Source: Verrucomicrobiaceae bacterium
Lineage (GTDB): Bacteria > Verrucomicrobiota > Verrucomicrobiia > Verrucomicrobiales > Akkermansiaceae
NCBI GenBank assembly: GCA_051252135.1
Contig: JBPOGH010000002.1
Span: 288,001-352,000 of the forward strand
Length of the DNA stretch: 64,000 bases
Reading direction: 5' to 3'
A model generated the notes under the pieces. That model was given only the letters and a program-made list of their open reading frames with translations, was not told where the DNA came from and did not search any database. Shown one piece after another: positions 49,019 to 61,000 of the stretch (position 1 is its first letter; each line of letters opens with the position of its first letter). The position numbers and the translations under genes are program-made.

Positions 49019-50212
49019 GTGAGCACCAACACCGTTCCAGATGCCACCGGACACTATGGTCAGTTCGGAGGCTGTTTTGCCCCCGAAACCTTGATGTCGC
49101 CTCTTGATGAACTCGCGGCGGCCTATGAGTCAGCCAAGGCGGATCCGACGTTTCAGGCCGAATTGGATGATCTTTTGCATAATTATTGCGGTCGTCCCAC
49201 TCCGCTCTACTTTGCGGAGCGTTGGACCGAGAAGCTTGGCGGAGCGAAGATTTACCTGAAGCGGGAAGATTTGCTGCATACGGGAGCCCATAAGATCAAC
49301 AATGCGATTGGCCAGATCCTGTTGGCCAAACGGCTGGGGAAGAAGCGCATTATTGCCGAGACCGGAGCGGGCCAGCACGGGGTGGCGACGGCAACGGTGT
49401 GTGCGCGCTTTGGGATGGACTGCACTGTTTACATGGGAGCGGTCGATATGGAACGGCAGGCACTGAATGTGACGCGGATGCGCCTGATGGGTGCCAAGGT
49501 GGTGCCGGTCACGGCAGGGCAGGCGACTTTGAAAGAAGCGGTCAACGAATCCATGAGGGATTGGGTGGCAACGGTTGAGGATACCCATTATATTTTGGGT
49601 TCGGCGCTGGGCCCTCATCCTTTCCCGATGATGGTTCGTGATTTTCATCGGGTCATCGGGCTGGAGGCACGGGAGCAGATTCTTGAGAAAGAAGGGCGGC
49701 TCCCTGAACTTCTGGTGGCCTGTGTTGGAGGAGGCTCCAATGCGATGGGGCTTTTTCATCCCTTTGTTGAGGATGGCGACGTGAGGATGGTGGGAGTTGA
49801 GGCCGGAGGTGAGGGGATTTTCCCCGAGAAGCATGCGGCCCGATTCCAGGGAGGGAAGCTGGGGGTTCTGCAAGGATCCAAGACGTGGCTTCTCGCGAAT
49901 GATGACGGGCAGATTGAGCTGACCCATTCGATCAGTGCCGGGCTTGATTATGCGGCGGTGGGTCCGGAGCATGCCTACCTTCAGGATATTGGTCGTGCGG
50001 AATACACCTATGCAACCGATGACGAGGCGTTGGCGGCGTTCCGCGGACTTTCGGAAATTGAGGGGATTATTCCGGCGCTGGAGAGTTCCCATGCGCTGGC
50101 ATACGTTTCCAAGGTGGCCTCCGGGATGAAGAAGGAGGAAATCATCATTGTGAACTTGTCCGGGCGGGGAGACAAGGATGTGGAGCAGGCCTCCAGATTT
50201 CTGAAGATGTAG
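49019..50212 (+). CDS. trpB: Tryptophan synthase beta chain
   Basis: [47 protein letters not shown]. Confidence 0.98.
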   Translation: MSTNTVPDATGHYGQFGGCFAPETLMSPLDELAAAYESAKADPTFQAELDDLLHNYCGRPTPLYFAERWTEKLGGAKIYLKREDLLHTGAHKINNAIGQILLAKRLGKKRIIAETGAGQHGVATATVCARFGMDCTVYMGAVDMERQALNVTRMRLMGAKVVPVTAGQATLKEAVNESMRDWVATVEDTHYILGSALGPHPFPMMVRDFHRVIGLEAREQILEKEGRLPELLVACVGGGSNAMGLFHPFVEDGDVRMVGVEAGGEGIFPEKHAARFQGGKLGVLQGSKTWLLANDDGQIELTHSISAGLDYAAVGPEHAYLQDIGRAEYTYATDDEALAAFRGLSEIEGIIPALESSHALAYVSKVASGMKKEEIIIVNLSGRGDKDVEQASRFLKM

Positions 50213-50467
50213 CCGAAAAACCTTGTGAGAGTGGGGTCTGGAAGGTCCAGCTGCAGAGAAATTTGGAAACAGCTATAATTTAGACTTCTTAAGCACATTG
50301 AGGGAAACCTATGAAAATGAACAATTCCGCAGATAATTCAGGAAAAGGCAAAAATCCCCTTGTCAGTAGGGGGTGCGCCGACCTATCTTGCCTGTGGATT
50401 GCCTGCGGAAACTCATTGGTGCTTGCACCATGAACTTCAAATCCAACCAACCAACCAACTAAAGAAA

Positions 50468-51508
50468 ATGAAAATGAATTCTTTGAAAGCGGTAGCTGCC
50501 ATCGGCCTTTCGGCCCTTGCGATTGGCTCCGCCGCAGCGCAGGACGCGGCTTCCAAGCCCGTCGGATATGAGACTCTTGACTACGGTGTCGGCTTTACGC
50601 CCGTCGGTCTTCGTCTCCATCAGGCACCTGTCACCTCCGGAGTGATCGCATCAGCTGATGCCACTTCCATCACCGTCACCGGTGCAGATTTCGGAGCTCT
50701 CCTTACGAGCGGCACCGATTACGTCCTTGAGATTGAAAACGCCAATGGTGTGATTCAAATTGTCAACACTTGGGCCGGTGAGACCATTACAACTCCTTCC
50801 GATCTTTCCGGAGAGGTTGTCGCAGGAACCACGACTTTCACCATTCGTCCAGTCGCTACTCTCAACTCCGTGTTCGGTTCAAACGACGCCGAGGTGACGA
50901 TCGCCAAGGGCGGTGGTAACCCAGGAACAGCTGACCAGATTTGGCTTTCCGATGGAGCAGGTGGATACAACAAGTATTACTTCGATAGTTTTGCTCCTCC
51001 AACATTTGCATCCGCAAGCTGGGCGCAGATTGACGCCGCTGGTGGTTCCGCTGCCGTTGATGGTGGTGCAATCAACCTCGTCTATGCAGACGGTATCGTG
51101 ATCAACGCCCAAGCCAGTGGCTCACACGTTGTCACCGGTTCTGTGAAGCTTGGCGCAACCGAGCTTGAGCTCCAGAGTGGATTCACCTTCGTGAGTTCAG
51201 TCGCTCCTGCCGGAGCTACCCTTCAGACTGCGTTCCCCGACGGCGGCACGCTTGTTCAGGGTGGTGGTAACCCCGGAACTTCTGACCAAATCTGGGTTCA
51301 GAATGCAGCCGGTGGATACGACAAGTATTATTTCGATGCCTTCGCTCCTCCAACATTCTCAGCTCCAAGCTGGGCGCAGATTGACGCCGCTGGTGGTTCT
51401 GCTGCTGTTGACGGTGCTACGGTGAGCCTTCCTGCCGGTTATGTGATCAACTCACAAGGTGGCGGAAACGTAACCCAAGGTGTTCCTTCTTACTACTCCA
51501 GCCTCTAA
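50468..51508 (+). CDS. Secreted surface protein with internal 52-aa duplication (TIGR02597-like)
   Basis: Signal peptide ending AAA-QD, PVGY motif after it, TLNSVFG..DQIW; codon usage typical of highly expressed genes. Family call is from recall. Confidence 0.7.
   Translation: MKMNSLKAVAAIGLSALAIGSAAAQDAASKPVGYETLDYGVGFTPVGLRLHQAPVTSGVIASADATSITVTGADFGALLTSGTDYVLEIENANGVIQIVNTWAGETITTPSDLSGEVVAGTTTFTIRPVATLNSVFGSNDAEVTIAKGGGNPGTADQIWLSDGAGGYNKYYFDSFAPPTFASASWAQIDAAGGSAAVDGGAINLVYADGIVINAQASGSHVVTGSVKLGATELELQSGFTFVSSVAPAGATLQTAFPDGGTLVQGGGNPGTSDQIWVQNAAGGYDKYYFDAFAPPTFSAPSWAQIDAAGGSAAVDGATVSLPAGYVINSQGGGNVTQGVPSYYSSL
50909..51415 (+). repeat. Intragenic direct repeat, 2 x 156 bp (50909-51064, 51260-51415)
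   Basis: GGGNPGT.DQIW....AGGY.KYYFD.FAPPTF...SWAQIDAAGGSAAVDG occurs twice; 34 nt identical (caagctgggcgcagattgacgccgctggtggttc). Confidence 0.95.
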
Positions 51509-51550
51509 TTTGAGACCGGGTTAAGATCACTACCAAGAATCTAACAAAAC

Positions 51551-52159
51551 ATGAAAACCAAACTACTATCGATCACATTCGCACTTGCGGCCTGTGCTCA
51601 CGCGGCGACTTCGGTCGGTGTCTCCAACTTCAATCTGACCAATTCCTCGGGATTGGCGATCGTTGACAACGCTGGTGTTCCTCTTTCGGGAGTTCCATTC
51701 GGTGTGGGAAACTTCGCGGGAGCCAACGGTTCTGCTGCGGATATCTCCGCTAACTTCAGACCTCTTGCGAACGGAACCACCAGTGGTTCCTTCTTCTCGA
51801 ATTCTGTTAACGTTACCGCTTCCCCACAGGACTCCTCTGACATCTATGTCGTTTTCTACGGCATGTCCGATGGAACCGCTGCTGCTGACTTCGCGTCTGC
51901 AGAAGAGTTCATCGTGATTCAGGGACCTGGCACCTTCGTCACCGAGGATGCTATCCTTGGTGCCAACGTTGCCAACCCAATCCAAGACGGAACCGTGATT
52001 TACGGAACCGCTCGCCCAACTGACACCACCAGCCTCAACGGTCCTTTCAAGACTGCTCTGGCAAACGGTGTTGCCTTTGGTGGCGCAGCAATTCCTGAGC
52101 CTTCCAGCGCTCTTCTGAGCCTTGTTGGTCTTGTGTTCGTTGCACGTCGTCGTCGCTAA
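51551..52159 (+). CDS. PEP-CTERM sorting domain protein
   Basis: Signal peptide ending AHA; C-terminus IPEPSSALLSLVGLVFVARRRR. Confidence 0.93.
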   Translation: MKTKLLSITFALAACAHAATSVGVSNFNLTNSSGLAIVDNAGVPLSGVPFGVGNFAGANGSAADISANFRPLANGTTSGSFFSNSVNVTASPQDSSDIYVVFYGMSDGTAAADFASAEEFIVIQGPGTFVTEDAILGANVANPIQDGTVIYGTARPTDTTSLNGPFKTALANGVAFGGAAIPEPSSALLSLVGLVFVARRRR

Positions 52160-52208
52160 TCGCGATTGCGCACGCACAACAACAGACGAATTCATTTTCA
52201 ATTCTCTC

Positions 52209-52242
52209 ACACCTGCTACCTCACGGTAGCAGGTGTTTTTTT
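52209..52242 (+). terminator. Intrinsic terminator
   Basis: acacctgctacc-tcac-ggtagcaggtgt, a perfect 12-bp stem followed by a T-tract. Confidence 0.9.
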
Positions 52243-52354
52243 GTTCCGGGTGGGGTATTATCGGGGTTGAGAACAAGGAGTTGGAGTGGGCTGATTGCTT
52301 GAGAGCAGGGTCGATTGCTGGACAATTGGACAGGTTTTACTAAGGCTGGTTTTG

Positions 52355-52792
52355 ATGTTGGAAGAGGAAGATACGCCGGGGAAGCGTCCGAAGGATTCAT
52401 TGAGGATAGGTCTGCTGGCGATGTCGTTTTTTATTGTCTGGGGCTTGTGGGTGAACTGGGAATATGGGTTGGGTCCGCGGATTCAGGTTGCGGTGACCCA
52501 GGGTGTGGTGAGTCTGCTTTCCACGATCTTTTCGGCGGAATTGATTGTGTGGTTGAGTGGACGGCTGGCGGGGCTCGCTTATCCGGTGTTGGCGACCGGA
52601 GCGGCAAGCTGGACGGTATTTTACGCACTGATTTGGGGTGCTCACGCGGTTGCCGGGACTCCGGAGCTTCTGGCTACGATGTTGCCGGGAATGATCACGG
52701 GAGTGTTTTTCTGTTTTGGCTACTCGCTTCGGGTAAGGAGATTCACGGGGGTCCCGGTGAGTCGATCGCCTGCCGATGAGGCTCAGGTGTGA
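52355..52792 (+). CDS. Hypothetical membrane protein
   Basis: Four hydrophobic segments; QGVVS and GTPELLATM.PG. Confidence 0.7.
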   Translation: MLEEEDTPGKRPKDSLRIGLLAMSFFIVWGLWVNWEYGLGPRIQVAVTQGVVSLLSTIFSAELIVWLSGRLAGLAYPVLATGAASWTVFYALIWGAHAVAGTPELLATMLPGMITGVFFCFGYSLRVRRFTGVPVSRSPADEAQV

Positions 52793-52883
52793 GCGAGGTC
52801 AAACTTTTGGATGGGCTTGGGGATTCCTCCTCTTGCCTTTCGTCGATTTTGAATCAAGTTGCAGGAGTTTTCCGCAGCCTATC

Positions 52884-53660
52884 ATGTTAGTTCTTCTGTC
52901 TCCTGCCAAATCTCTCGATTACGAATCCCCTCTGCTGACCAGGAAGCGGACCAAGCCGCGGATGTTGGATCAGTCGGCGGTGCTGGTCGGGGAGCTCCGG
53001 AAGCTATCGGCGAAGAAGCTCGGGGCGTTGATGTCGATCAGTGAGAAGTTGGCGGAGTTGAATCACGAGCGATATCTATCGTGGGAGCCGGATTGCACGC
53101 CAGACAACAGCCGGCAGGCGATTCTGGCGTTCACGGGTGATGTCTATCAGGGGATGGAGCTTTCCGAGTGGAGTGCGGATGACTTTGCCGCAGCGCAGAA
53201 GAAGGTTCGGATTTTGTCGGGTCTGTATGGTGTTTTGCGTCCATTGGATTTGATGCAGGCCTATCGACTGGAGATGGGAACGAAGCTCCCGACGAAGAGC
53301 GGGAAGAATCTTTATGATTTCTGGGGGACTGCGATCACGGAGGTGCTCAATAAGGACTTGAAGCAGTCGGGGAGCAAGTGGGTGGTGAACCTTGCGTCGA
53401 ACGAGTATTTCTCGTCGGTTAAGAAGGGGGAGCTCAAGGGGGAGCTGATTACTCCGGTCTTTAAGGATGAAAAGAACGGTAAGTATAAGATCATTTCCTT
53501 TTTTGCCAAGAAGGCCCGGGGAATGATGGCGGATTATATTGTGAGGAAGGGAATTTTGGACCCGAAGGAACTGAAAAAGTTCAAGACGGGAGGGTATCGC
53601 TTCAGTGCGAAGGATTCGACGGCGACGGAGCTGGTCTTCCTGAGAGCCGAGAAAAAGTAG
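52884..53660 (+). CDS. yaaA: Peroxide stress protein YaaA (DUF328)
   Basis: LSPAKSLDY, ILSGLYGVLRPLD, YRLEMGT, NLASNEY, AKKARG.M. Confidence 0.95.
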   Translation: MLVLLSPAKSLDYESPLLTRKRTKPRMLDQSAVLVGELRKLSAKKLGALMSISEKLAELNHERYLSWEPDCTPDNSRQAILAFTGDVYQGMELSEWSADDFAAAQKKVRILSGLYGVLRPLDLMQAYRLEMGTKLPTKSGKNLYDFWGTAITEVLNKDLKQSGSKWVVNLASNEYFSSVKKGELKGELITPVFKDEKNGKYKIISFFAKKARGMMADYIVRKGILDPKELKKFKTGGYRFSAKDSTATELVFLRAEKK

Positions 53661-53678
53661 AGTCCGATCAGCGGGATT

Positions 53679-54938
53679 TTACTTCCTGCGTTTGTTGCGG
53701 CCTTGGGGAGGTTTTTTTCCTCCTTGGTTGGGCTTGTTACCTCCTTGTTTGCGCGGGGGACCGTTGCGTGGGCCGTTGCGGCGGGATTCGTCACGAACGG
53801 GTGCAGGGACGTCGTAGTCGAAGTCCCGAGAGTGTTTGCGGGGAAGGTCGACTCTGATGTATCGTTCGAGGTCCTGGAGAGCGCGTTGTTCGTAGGGGGT
53901 GACGAAGGTGATGGCGTCGCCCTCGGCCTTGGCGCGGCCGGTGCGGCCGATGCGGTGGATGTAGTCTTCGTTTTGAAGGGGGAAGTCGTAGTTGATGACG
54001 TGGGTGACGCCGGAGACGTCGATTCCACGGGCGGCGACATCGGTAGCGACGAGGACGCGGAGTTTGCCGAGCTTGAATTTGTCGAGTGCGCGCTGGCGTT
54101 GGTTCTGGGTGCGGTCGCCGTGGATGGCTTCGGCGGGGACGCCGGATTGGGTGAGGCTTTTGGCGAGACGTCCGGTGGCGTGCTTCATTTTACAGAAGAC
54201 GAGGACGGTGAAGAGCTCGGGGCTTTCGAGGAGATGGAGGAGGAGGGGGAATTTGAGATGGCCAGGGACCTCGTAAACGCATTGGTTGACGGTCTTGGCG
54301 GGGTTGGTGCGTTCTCCGATTTCGACGAAGGCGGGCTTTTGCTGGAACTCGCGGGCGAGGGTTTCGATTTGATTGGAAAAGGTTGCTGAGAAGAGGAGGG
54401 TTTGGCGGTCGTTGGGGACTTTGCGGGCGAGCTTGCGCATGGCGGGGAGGAATCCCATGTCGAGCATGCGGTCGGCTTCATCGAGGACGAGCATTTCGAG
54501 GCCGCGGAAGTCGATGTGGCCCTGGTCCATGAGGTCGATGAGACGGCCGGGGGTGGCGATGACGATCTCTGCCCCTTTTTGAAGTGCTTCGATCTGGGGT
54601 TGCTCTCCGACGCCCCCGTAGATGGCGGTGACTTTTACGCTGATGTGGCGTGAGTAGTCGTTAATGTTATCCCGAATCTGCGCGACGAGTTCGCGGGTGG
54701 GAGCGATGATGAGGGCGCGGATGCCGGGGGCTTTCGGTTTGATGGCTCCAAGGATAGAGAGAAGGGGAAGGGTGAAGGCGGCGGTTTTTCCGGTGCCGGT
54801 CTGGGCGATGCCGATGACGTCCCGGCGTTTGAGGATGAGGGGGATGGCCTTGGCCTGGATGGGGGTGGGCTCCGTGTAGCCGGTCTCTTCGACTGCGGAG
54901 AGAATGGGCTGGGGGAGATTGAGGTCGGAAAAGGTCAT
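53679..54938 (-). CDS. DEAD-box RNA helicase (RhlE-like)
   Basis: Q motif PTPIQ, AQTGTGKT, PTRELV, TPGRL, DEAD, SAT, ARGID, HRIGRTGR. Confidence 0.96.
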   Translation of the reverse strand: MTFSDLNLPQPILSAVEETGYTEPTPIQAKAIPLILKRRDVIGIAQTGTGKTAAFTLPLLSILGAIKPKAPGIRALIIAPTRELVAQIRDNINDYSRHISVKVTAIYGGVGEQPQIEALQKGAEIVIATPGRLIDLMDQGHIDFRGLEMLVLDEADRMLDMGFLPAMRKLARKVPNDRQTLLFSATFSNQIETLAREFQQKPAFVEIGERTNPAKTVNQCVYEVPGHLKFPLLLHLLESPELFTVLVFCKMKHATGRLAKSLTQSGVPAEAIHGDRTQNQRQRALDKFKLGKLRVLVATDVAARGIDVSGVTHVINYDFPLQNEDYIHRIGRTGRAKAEGDAITFVTPYEQRALQDLERYIRVDLPRKHSRDFDYDVPAPVRDESRRNGPRNGPPRKQGGNKPNQGGKKPPQGRNKRRK

Positions 54939-55082
54939 CGCAAGGAAAGGATGAAGCATGATTGCCGGAAAAAGAACAGCGATTAACGGGAATGGAGGGC
55001 TTTGCGATCCTTGCTTCTTGTTATCTGGGACAAAGCTGATTACCTGCCCGGTTGACTTGAATTGGTCACTACCCCCTTGCCT

Positions 55083-58000
55083 ATGAAGCTCTTTGGAATT
55101 CTTTCCGTTTCGATCTCTCTCTTGCCTTCGTTTTTATCCGCCGAGCAGGTGGTGTTTAGCGAGGTGATGTATCATCCGCCTGTCGGGGGATACGAGTTTG
55201 TGGAGGTGCGGAATTTGACGGCGACTCCTTTTGACATTGCGGAGTGGGAGTTGAGTGGGGGAGCGGATTATGTCTTTCCGGTTTTTGGGACGGGAGCGGC
55301 GAGTGATAGTTTTTTAAAGGCCTTTGAGTATGTCGTCATTTGCGAGACGGATCCGGCGACCTTCCGGGCGGCTTACGGGTTGCCGAATGCGGTTCGGGTT
55401 TTTGGGCCGTGGACGGGAAGCCTGGCGAATGGTGGGGAACGGATCAGCTTGAAGGATATGAATGGGGTGATCCGGTGTTCGATGCGTTACGATGACCGGC
55501 ATCCCTGGCCGGTATCGGCGGATGGAGCGGGGCATAGTTTGGTGCTGGCGGACACGAGTCGGGCGATTGACGATTATCGGGTTTGGCGTGCGAGTGCCAG
55601 TGCGACGCCGACTCCGGGGTCATCCGAACCGGAAGCGGCCGAGGAGGCTTTTCCCAATCCGGAGGTGAATCTTAGCAGTGGTATTCCTTTTGTGGAGTAT
55701 GGCGACAAGTGGAGTTTCAATGACCAGAATCTTGATCTGGGGACGACGTGGAAGGATGCGGCGTATGCCTTTACCCACGCGGGGTGGACGATGGAAAATG
55801 ATGCGGGGAACAATGGCGGGTTGTATGGCTTTGAGAGTTCGGCGCTCCCTGCGCCGGGGATTCAGACGGGATTGTTGAACAGTGATACCAACGCGAATCA
55901 TATCACTTATTATTTCCGCAAGGAATTCACCTACACGGGAGCGACGAGCGGAGCGGCGGTGACGGTGGACATGATCAACGACGACAGTGCGTATTTTTAT
56001 CTCAACGGGACGCCGATCGGGGGTTTGGGGACGACGGCGAATGCGGGTTGGAAAGCTACGGCGGGACGGACGGTGACGAATGCGGTGGAGGAGTTGGGGG
56101 TTGCGAGTAATAACGGGTCGGCGCTGGTGGTGGGCACGAACGTGATCGCGGCGGAGGTGCATCAGGTTAATGATTCGAGTTCCGATTGTGTTTTTGGGGC
56201 GCGGCTGAGCATTGCGGCTCCCTCGGCGCCGAGTGTGGTGATCAATGAGGTGCTTCCGGCGGTGGCGGGTTTTGTGGAGTTTTATAATCCTACGGGAGCG
56301 ACGATTGATCTTGGGGGTTGGTATTTGAGTGATGATCCGGGAAATCTGACGAAGTATCAGATTCCGGGGAATCTTTTGGTGACGGCGTCAGGGCTGGCCT
56401 CGGTGGGGTATACGGAGTCGTCGTTATCGATTTCCGCGAATACGGCGGTTTATTTGACGCAGTCCAACGGGACGTCGGTATCGAATGCGATCAGTGCCGC
56501 GATGCCTTTGGATGGGCGGTCGTTGGGTCGAAAGGCGGATGGGACGAACTCGTGGTATTTGTTTACCCAGCCGACGCGGGACGCTTCGAACTCGAGTGCG
56601 TCGTCCGATTTTTCACTGAAGCTTAATGAGGTGCACTTTGATGGGGCGGGGAATGTCGATTGGGTGGAGTTGTTCAATCCGGGGACGGCTTCGGTAAGCA
56701 CGAGCGGGCTCTTTCTGGCTTCGCTGGAGGACTTTTCCGACAAGGTGGCGTTGGGAGCTTCGATTGGGGCGAAGGGGTATTTTTCGCAGACGGCGTCCTT
56801 TGCGGTGGTGGGCGGGAGTGTGACTCTTTACCTGGTTGATTCATCGAACAATGTTCTCGATGCGGCGTTTATTGAGCGGGTGGATCCACGGGCCTATTCG
56901 GCGGCGTATCCCGATGGGTCGGGAGATTTTTATGCGTCGATTGGTGGGACGCAAAACGCGACCAACAATCCGACTCGCGAGACCCACATTGTGATCAACG
57001 AGTTGATGGTGGATCCGCCGAGCGGTCATCGTGACGGGGAGTTTATCGAGTTGTTTAACAAGGGACCCGGTGCGGTGGATCTATCGGGTTGGGAATTTGA
57101 TCAGGGGGTGAACTTTGTTTTTCCGACGGGGACGGTGATTCCCTCCGGGGGGTATGTGGTGATTGCCGCGAATGCGGGGATGACGTCGGCGGCCCATTCC
57201 GGGGTCACGGTAGTGGGTGAGTACAGCGGGGAGTTGTCGAATGGTGGTGAGTTGTTGCGACTGGTTGATGCGTGGGGGAATGTTGCGGACCAGCTGCACT
57301 ACCATACCGGTGGTTCCTGGCCTCTTTTAGCGGGTGGTTTGGGGAGCAGTCTGGAGCTGCGTCATCCGGAGATGGATAACTCGGTGGGGACCTCGTGGAG
57401 GGATTCCGATGAGTCGGACAAATCGACATTTCAGAGTTACTCGCTGACGGAAAACTACGAGCAATTGACGACGCGCGGGGGAGTGAGCGATTACAAGGAG
57501 CTTCACATCCAGTGCGTGGGTGACAGCCATCTGGCATTTAAGAATATGTCGCTGATACGCAATGGGAGCGGGTCGAATATTCTGCCCGGCAGTGGAGGGA
57601 CGGTGGTGACGAACGGGAGTGCGGCGACGGGGTGGCTGTGTCAGGGGACGCATTATGCGAGCAAGATTGAGAATGGTGAGTTCCATGTGATTTCGGATGG
57701 TCACGGCGATGTGAAGGCGAACCGGTGCGAGATCGATGTGACGCAGATCAATGACGACGACTCGCTGACTTTGACATTTGATGCGCGGTGGATTTCGGGG
57801 AAGCCGACGGTGTTGATTGAGACGTGGGATCGTTCCTTTGGAGGAATCTTTTACCTGCCGGTCCCTGATGATCTGGGGACGCCGGGGGCGGTGAACTCGA
57901 CGGCTTTATCCGGTGCGGCTCCGGCGGTGTCGGGATTGATTCATCGTCCGGCGGTTCCGACCTCTTCGGATCCGGTGGTGGTGACGGCGAAGGTGAGTGG

Positions 58001-61000
58001 GGCGTCGTCGGTGAATCTGCGGCATCGCCTGGATTCGACATCGGGGGCCGGGGCCTACGGGACGACAACGATGTTTGATGATGGGACGAGCGGGGGCGAT
58101 GAGTTGGCGAACGATGGAATTTTCACGGCAACGCTGACGCAGTATCAGTCGGACAATACGATTGTGCAGTTCTACGTGGAGGCGTCATCGGCAGGGGCGA
58201 CGACGGTGCAACCGGCGATGGCTCCCGAGAAGCCGGCGATGTGGGTGGTGGATAATACGAATCATCCGAATGATCTGCGGACCCAGCGCTTTGTGGTCTC
58301 GGCTCAGGATGTGAGTGCGTCGGGCCAGACGGGGGATTCGGGGACGTTCAATTACGCCTTTCCCCGGCTTTCGAATCATTATTTCAATGCGACTTTTATC
58401 GGGGATGAGAAAGAGATCATCTACAACTGTGAGTTCCGGAAGAGCGGGAGTCCCTGGACACGACCGAATGGGAGCGACTTTGGGCGGGCGAAGTGGAAGA
58501 CGCCGGGTGATTACCGGTTCCGGGGTTACTCCAAGCGGGCGATTGATAACGATGCGGGCGGGGGTAGGTCCTACCACAACCGGATTGTGCGTTACTGGCT
58601 GTATCTTTTTGGTCATGCCGCCAATGAGAACGAATTTGTGCGGGTTATCATCAATGGAGGGAGCTCGGCGCTGCGGGAAGATGTGGAGCCCAATGCGACT
58701 GACTTTTTGAAGCGGAATTGGGAAGATGGGCAAAAGGGCGAGCTTTACCGGATCGATGACGAGTGGTGGTTCGATGATGGATGGGGGCGTCAGAATCGAA
58801 ATGCCGACTGGGGATACAAGGGGACCTATGAGCCGGAGCGTTACAGCTCCGAGTGGATCAAGAGATCGCGCGAGGCGGAGTATGATTATTCGTCATTTAT
58901 CAACTGGACGGAAAAGGTGGGCGGGAATTCGTTTACGCGTGATGAGATCGAGCGGATGGCCGATATTGACATGATGGCGGCGAATGCGGCGGTGCGCGGG
59001 TGGGTAGATGATTGGGATACGCTTACGCGGAACCGGGGGAAGAACGGTTATTTTTTACGTCGTGCCACGGATGGGAAGTGGATGCTGATCCAGTGGGATT
59101 CGGACAACACGTTTGGAAATTCGAACGCGGCGTTCATTGGGGGGCTGGCGGGAGTGCAGAACTTTTTCGGGAAGCCCTATGTCCAGCAGCGGTTCAACTA
59201 CTACCTCGGGCGGATGGTTGATGATTATACGGCGGGCTCCTCCCGTCTGGCGGCGTGGCACCAAGTTGAAGAAGACGCATCGACCTCCTATGGGGCGAAT
59301 ACGGGGACTTATACGAGCTGGAATACTAATCGGGTTCCGCGGGCGAATACCGAGATTGGCTCTGCATTGACGGCGAACTTTAATGTGACGACCGGCACCG
59401 GCACTTCGGCGAGCACCTCGGCGGAGACGTTTTCGCTGAGTGGGACGAGTTCCTACGAGGCGTTTGAGATTCGGGCGGTGGGGCATCCGGAAGCGGTGTG
59501 GGAGTTTGGTTCGGAGACGGGCTGGACCCTTTCGAATATTCAGCTTCGCGAGGGTGCGAATGCGGTGGTGGTGCAGGCGGTGAACAGCTCGGGTGAGGTG
59601 GTGGGGAGTGAGACCTTCACGATTAACAAGTCCGGGAATGCGTTTCCGGTGGTGGAGATGGACGGGAGTCCGGGGTCGTTCAATGCGTCGGTGAATGATT
59701 CTTTTGGGATTGATGCTTCGGCGAGTTATGACCCGGAGGGAACAGGTCTGACCTTTGGATGGTCGGTGAGTCCTTCGGCGGCGATCACGGTCATCAATCC
59801 GGGAGTGGCGGAGTTCGGCTTTTCGGCGCCCGGTCTGTATGCGATTACCCTGACGGTGACTGATGGCGACAGTCAGCAGACGGCGGTGACGCGGGAGGTG
59901 GCGGTGTATGCCGAGTCGGGTTGGACTTCGTTCGGGAGCCCTGTTCTTTCCAGTCATTGGACGGCGGAGAATGTCGAGGTGCGTGACGGATTTTCGCCGT
60001 CGGCTTCCTACAGTCTGGATGATGTGCCGAGCAGTCTCATTCTGAAGCTGGAGGCGGATGCGGCGAAGCCCCTGACGATGAGCTCTCCGAATATGCCATG
60101 GATTTACCGTGATCTTCCGGTGAGCGAGGATTTTTCGCTCCACACCGATGTGGCGTTGGATTCGGTTCAGCAGGGGAATTTCATGACCGGACTTTTGGTC
60201 GAAGTGGAAGAGGGTGGCTCGCCGGTGCGCTATGCCTTCGGGATGGAGGATGGAGATTTTCTGCGGGTGCGGCGTGCGACCGGGAGTGGCTACACGCAGC
60301 TGGCTTCGTTGAGTTGGACCGAAGGAGACGCGGTGATCAGGGTGCGGCGCTCGGGAAGTCAGCTCTACTTTGACTACCGGAATGAACCGGGTGTTTGGAC
60401 GAATTTGCTGACGCGATTTGTTCCGGCAAATACGGAAGCGGTTCAAGGAGGGATTTTTGCGGCGACTGATTCGGCGAGTTCGCTCCGACTGGAGTTTGAC
60501 TACGTGCTCCTGGTTGATCCCTCGGCCACCAGTGAAACGCTGGCCCATTTTCGTCTGACTGAAATGATGTACAATCCGGTGGGTGGTGGTCAGCTGGAGT
60601 TTCTTGAGTTTATGAATACGGGGGTGGATCCGTTGTTGATCCAGTCGGTGAGTCTGGACGATACGAATCCCTTTGCTCCGTTTACCTTTGAGAATGTCAC
60701 CCTTGCTCCGGGAGAGCGGGGGGTGATTGTGTCAGATACGACGTCATTTCAGGCGGAGTATGGGATGGGGCCGCGGGTGCTTGCGCAGTGGAGTTCGGGC
60801 GCGCTTTCGAATGGTGGTGAGCAGGTGGTGGTTCGGGATCCGTTGGGGAACATCATTCATCAATTTACCTATGACAACAATGCGCCCTGGCCGGTGGCGG
60901 CAGACGGGGGAGGGTCGTCGCTTGAAGTGATTGATACCGAAGGGGATTACAATGATCCGGCGAACTGGCGGGCGTCATCGGTGCCCGGGGGGACTCCGGG

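Noticed and set aside
49019..50212. trpB without adjacent trpA as a stand-alone TrpB2
   Set aside because: The sequence has ordinary TrpB1 motifs and length; dispersed trp genes are unremarkable.
50909..51415. Direct repeats as a CRISPR array or DGR template/variable repeat
   Set aside because: Only two in-frame copies inside one CDS; differences are not adenine-specific; no cas or reverse transcriptase gene in the window.
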